Source of the DNA: a bacterium
Lineage (GTDB): Bacteria > Hinthialibacterota > Hinthialibacteria > Hinthialibacterales > Hinthialibacteraceae
Assembly (NCBI GenBank): GCA_041946805.1
Contig: JBHGBC010000122.1
Coordinates: 1-18,404, forward strand
Reading direction: 5' to 3'
Length of the DNA stretch: 18,404 nucleotides
The notes below the pieces were generated by a model, which had not been told where the DNA came from, made no database searches, and saw only the letters and a program-made list of their open reading frames with translations. The position numbers and the translations under genes were made by a program. Positions 15,242-18,404 of this stretch are shown in pieces. The stretch's first letter is position 1; every line of letters begins with the position of its first letter.

Positions 15242-17374
15242 TCAAAACTCCACCGCCATCCTCACCCCGTCCGGGTGATTGGGGTACTTCACCAGCAGGG
15301 TCTTTGTTTTCGCGTCCCATTGCGGCTGCAAGCCGATCCCCTGGCCGATGGCATCTTTCCCTTCCACCCGTTTCGGTTCCGACGGCAACCAAATCCGCGC
15401 GATACCCTGAGTGGCCGCCGGGCCTTTCATCACGCACGCGTAGGAGTGGTCTGCCCGGACTTCATCGTAAGCCCGGGAGGCCGCCGCCAGGACACAAGGC
15501 GGCTTTTCGGCGGCGCGGGCGGGATTATAGAGAAAAGCCCGTTCGCCTGGCCGGATCACTTTTTCCTCGAGCACCGGCAAGGCCGGATCGAAGAGATCGA
15601 TCACCGGGCCCGCAATCCGGTACGGTTCCGTGGACACGCTTTCCTCCAGCACCGCCGCGATGTCATAGGGGCCCCGCCGCAGATGCAGCCAGTTCTTTTC
15701 CTGTAATTCGATTCGCGCCTTTTTGAGCCGGCCGATCAACTGCTCCGTCCCGCCCGCGTTCAAGACCAGTTCCTTGGGATCCTGCGTAATCCAAACCAAC
15801 CGGCCGTTGCCCACCGGCCATTCCATCCGGGACGAGGTGGGGTCCAACTTCAGCGTCTCGTAAAACAGGTGATCGAACGGCGTTTTGGGGTTTCGGCCCT
15901 GGTCGTTCCACCATTCGCGGATCGTCTGGAAGGGATCTTCGTTGCGGCCGAGGTAGATCAATACCCCGCCGCCGCGCGTCCACTCCGCCAGCGCCTGGTG
16001 ATACTCGGGCCGCAGGGGTTTCATGTTCGCGTAGCTCATCAGCAGCACGCGGATGCCGTCCAGCACGCCGGGATGCGCCAGGTTCTCCATTTGCACCAGC
16101 CGGACCGGGACGCCGCGCTTCAAGAGGGGCAGGGCCATGCCGTAGAAATTGGACAGACGGGGATCCTCGTATCCCGCGTGCGTGGGGAAACGCTGGAACA
16201 TCATGGTATCCGAGAGCAGAACGCCGACGCCCTGCGTGCCCGGGATCGTGTCATCACCCGGTTTCATCTGGTTGAGCGCGTTGATCAGCATCAGGATTTC
16301 GGTGGCGTAGGTCTCGGGAATGCCCACGCGTTCCCGAGTGCCGGCTTTCTGATAGCTTCCGGTGAAGATCCGGCTGGGCCAGGGCATGACCTCGTAATGC
16401 GCGATGGAGGGATACATCAACTGCGCGGCGAAGGTGGCCTCGTAGTTGGTTTTGTAATCCTCCCAGGTGTGGTCGGGATTGTCCTCGACGGGATCGGTCA
16501 GGAAGAAAACGCGGCGGCCGGTGGGCTGGGTCATGGCCACCATCGAGCCGTATTCCAGGAAGGCGTTCTCGAAGGTGCGCTCCTTCTCCACGCCTTCAAA
16601 GAAGACCGGAGAGCGCGCCGTGCCGGTCCATACCTGGGCGATGTAGCCGTCCATGCCCGGCAGACCGGCCAGACTCGATTCGGGACTGACGATGCCCCAG
16701 GCCGAATAATTGATCAGCGTGTGCGTGGGGACATAGCAGCGCACCGGACGGCCTTGCTTTTCGCTGTACTCCTTGGCAAAGAGAAAGATCTCCTTCAGCG
16801 CCCGGAAATAGAGGTGGTATTTCAATTGGGCCGAGCGGTAGGTGGCTTCCGGCGATTCGTGCTGCGCCTGCCAAGGTTCGTTATAATAGGCCTGCCATTC
16901 GCGCTTGAATCCCTCGCTGTAGCCGCCCCGGTTCCAGAATTCCGGTTCCTCGAGATGGATGCCCGTGACTCCCTCGTCGATGGCCTGCTTGACCAAGGAT
17001 TTCAGATATTCGATATAGCTGGGCGTGGGGACCATGTAGGGCACGCCGGGACCGTGCATGATCATGGTCCCGTCCCGCTGCACCTGGCCTTCGTCCATGT
17101 GGTTTTTCCCATCGAATCGGCCTTCCAGATAGTCCCGGTAGCCGCCCCAGGCCACGCCGGTCATCAGATGGATGCCATAGCCCCGTTCCCGCCAGCTTTG
17201 CACGCGTTGGGGAAAAGACCGATTCACGCCATAAACGATGGCCACGTCCGAGCGCAGATCGAGTTCCGGTTTCCAGAAATCCGCCGTTTGAAAAGTGGTG
17301 GTTTCGAGAGTTTGCGCGAATGCAAGATTGCCGAGTAACCCGAGAAAGACTGCCATTATTCCACGTTTCCGCAT
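15242..17374 (-). CDS. Secreted glycoside-hydrolase-like protein (probable TIM barrel plus GH42-trimerisation/class I GATase-like domain)
   Basis: Signal peptide ending AFA-Q. The aromatic-rich N-terminal domain has GIHLEEPEFW and GYSEGFKREWQAYY..W, followed by GVGVLLSD..LKRGVPV..VLLMS..LAEWTRGGGVLIY and a beta-rich C-terminus. AAGGAG RBS upstream; ATG 17374 preferred over TTG 17377. Confidence 0.6.
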   Translation of the reverse strand: MRKRGIMAVFLGLLGNLAFAQTLETTTFQTADFWKPELDLRSDVAIVYGVNRSFPQRVQSWRERGYGIHLMTGVAWGGYRDYLEGRFDGKNHMDEGQVQRDGTMIMHGPGVPYMVPTPSYIEYLKSLVKQAIDEGVTGIHLEEPEFWNRGGYSEGFKREWQAYYNEPWQAQHESPEATYRSAQLKYHLYFRALKEIFLFAKEYSEKQGRPVRCYVPTHTLINYSAWGIVSPESSLAGLPGMDGYIAQVWTGTARSPVFFEGVEKERTFENAFLEYGSMVAMTQPTGRRVFFLTDPVEDNPDHTWEDYKTNYEATFAAQLMYPSIAHYEVMPWPSRIFTGSYQKAGTRERVGIPETYATEILMLINALNQMKPGDDTIPGTQGVGVLLSDTMMFQRFPTHAGYEDPRLSNFYGMALPLLKRGVPVRLVQMENLAHPGVLDGIRVLLMSYANMKPLRPEYHQALAEWTRGGGVLIYLGRNEDPFQTIREWWNDQGRNPKTPFDHLFYETLKLDPTSSRMEWPVGNGRLVWITQDPKELVLNAGGTEQLIGRLKKARIELQEKNWLHLRRGPYDIAAVLEESVSTEPYRIAGPVIDLFDPALPVLEEKVIRPGERAFLYNPARAAEKPPCVLAAASRAYDEVRADHSYACVMKGPAATQGIARIWLPSEPKRVEGKDAIGQGIGLQPQWDAKTKTLLVKYPNHPDGVRMAVEF

Positions 17375-17582
17375 CAATCAAGCTCCTTTGATTTTGAATC
17401 GTACCCCATTGAACTTCACCATTCCCGCATTATTCCATGATGGCCGGCCCGCGGGAACCGCCAGGGAATCCGGCGGAAGGTATCGCCCGGTGGGCGTCCG
17501 GTGGATTGCGCGCCGGCCCGGCCGGGTTTAAAGTGGTGAACTTTCTTTTGTACCAATCGGAATCCCGAGGAGGAAACGTGGT

Positions 17583-18254
17583 ATGAAACTTCATTTCGGC
17601 ATGGCTATGTGGCTGTTCGGCATATTGGGAATCGGCTTGGCGGATCTGGCGGGCGCCGCCGAGACCGGATCGATCCAGGATCTGAAATCACCGGAGGAAA
17701 TCTTGAAGTTTCGTGAAACTTATATCCGCGATTTCAAGCGCATCGGACTGAATACGGCCCCGGGGGACGCCATGATGCTGCGCATCCTCGTCCAGGCGGC
17801 GCGATGCCGGCGGGGCATCGAAGTGGGAACCGCCACCGGCTACGGCGCGATCGTGATGGGCGTGGCCTTCGAGCGCACCGGCGGCGAGTTGACCTCCATC
17901 GATATCGATCCCCGGATGGTCAAGATTGCCCAGGAACACATCCGGAACATGGGGCTGGAGAAAACGGTGAAGGTGGTCGAAGGCGATGCGCTGAAGGTTC
18001 TGCCCGCTCTGGAGGGAGAATACGATTTCATTTTCATCGACGCCCAGAAACAAGACTACTTGAAATATTTCAAGGCGGTGGAAACGAAACTAAAGACCGG
18101 CGCGGTGATCGTGGCGGACAATGTCATTCAATCCAAGAACGCGATGAAGGACTTTCTGGATTATTTCAACAACAATCCCCATTACGACGCGTTGACCGTG
18201 ATCTGCTCCGAAGAAAAAAGCGACGGGATGATGGTGATTTACAAGGTGAAATAG
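17583..18254 (+). CDS. Class I SAM-dependent, cation-dependent O-methyltransferase (Methyltransf_3/CCoAOMT-like) with N-terminal signal-peptide-like segment
   Basis: GIEVGTATGYG (motif I), SIDID, GDAL, YDFIFIDAQKQDY, GAVIVADNV and DGM. Strong GAGGAGG RBS upstream of ATG 17583. Confidence 0.9.
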   Translation: MKLHFGMAMWLFGILGIGLADLAGAAETGSIQDLKSPEEILKFRETYIRDFKRIGLNTAPGDAMMLRILVQAARCRRGIEVGTATGYGAIVMGVAFERTGGELTSIDIDPRMVKIAQEHIRNMGLEKTVKVVEGDALKVLPALEGEYDFIFIDAQKQDYLKYFKAVETKLKTGAVIVADNVIQSKNAMKDFLDYFNNNPHYDALTVICSEEKSDGMMVIYKVK

Positions 18255-18312
18255 GCGGCCGGTCAGGATCGATTCGATTGAGGCTCGTTCGGCATGGGCG
18301 GACTTTATTTCA

Positions 18313-18404
18313 GGCTCATCCGGTATGGGCGTACATTTTCTTTTGGGTTTGCTATGCTATTCCATCAAACCGTCTGGAGAGAATGGCCCCTACGTCCCTC
18401 TCGC
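18313..18404 (+). repeat. Left part of a fourth copy of the MITE-like repeat (cut by window end)
   Basis: GGCTCATCCGGTATGGGCGTAC (18313-18334) matches the copy-B left TIR at 17/22 and is followed by a T-rich tract. CCCTCTC starts at 18396, offset 83, the same as in copy B (82 in copy A). Confidence 0.7.

Noticed and set aside
15869..17338. 489-aa antisense ORF (likewise 3473..4432 antisense to rseP, and the same-strand off-frame ORFs 11029..12414 and 8461..9378)
   Set aside because: These are shadows of well-supported genes in GC-rich DNA, with no recognisable motifs.
17583..18254. Assignment as tRNA methyltransferase TrmR/YrrM
   Set aside because: Same fold family, but the signal-peptide-like N-terminus and gene context do not support it, so no symbol is given.
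18281..18342. Possible CRISPR mini-array from two similar 22-mers
   Set aside because: Only two degenerate units with a 9-nt gap and no cas genes; explained as a duplicated TIR.

Overview
GC-rich bacterial chromosomal window with about 12 well-supported protein genes. In order: (-) a 6-TM membrane protein with two tandem c-type heme domains; (-) a di-heme cytochrome c peroxidase; (-) an RseP-type site-2 protease with three PDZ-like domains; (+) a GT-C glycosyltransferase / gamma-glutamylcyclotransferase / GT4 operon; (-) a membrane+TPR protein coupled to aroQ; (+) a large O-antigen-ligase-like+TPR protein and a second GT4; an AT-rich islet with a truncated ORF and a 62-aa ORF; (-) a secreted glycoside-hydrolase-like protein; (+) a signal-peptide-bearing O-methyltransferase. 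The main feature not explained by the ORF track is a dispersed 210-bp MITE-like repeat. It has ~22-bp imperfect terminal inverted repeats around a CCCTCTCCC-N3-GGGAGAGGG hairpin and a REP-like GGGCGGA..TCCGCCC hairpin. There are two full copies (7581-7790, 14569-14778) and two partial copies at the window ends, all at gene 3' ends; one supplies a gene's stop codon. No rRNA, tRNA, CRISPR array or transposase was seen. All family calls come from motif recognition by eye, without database searches.
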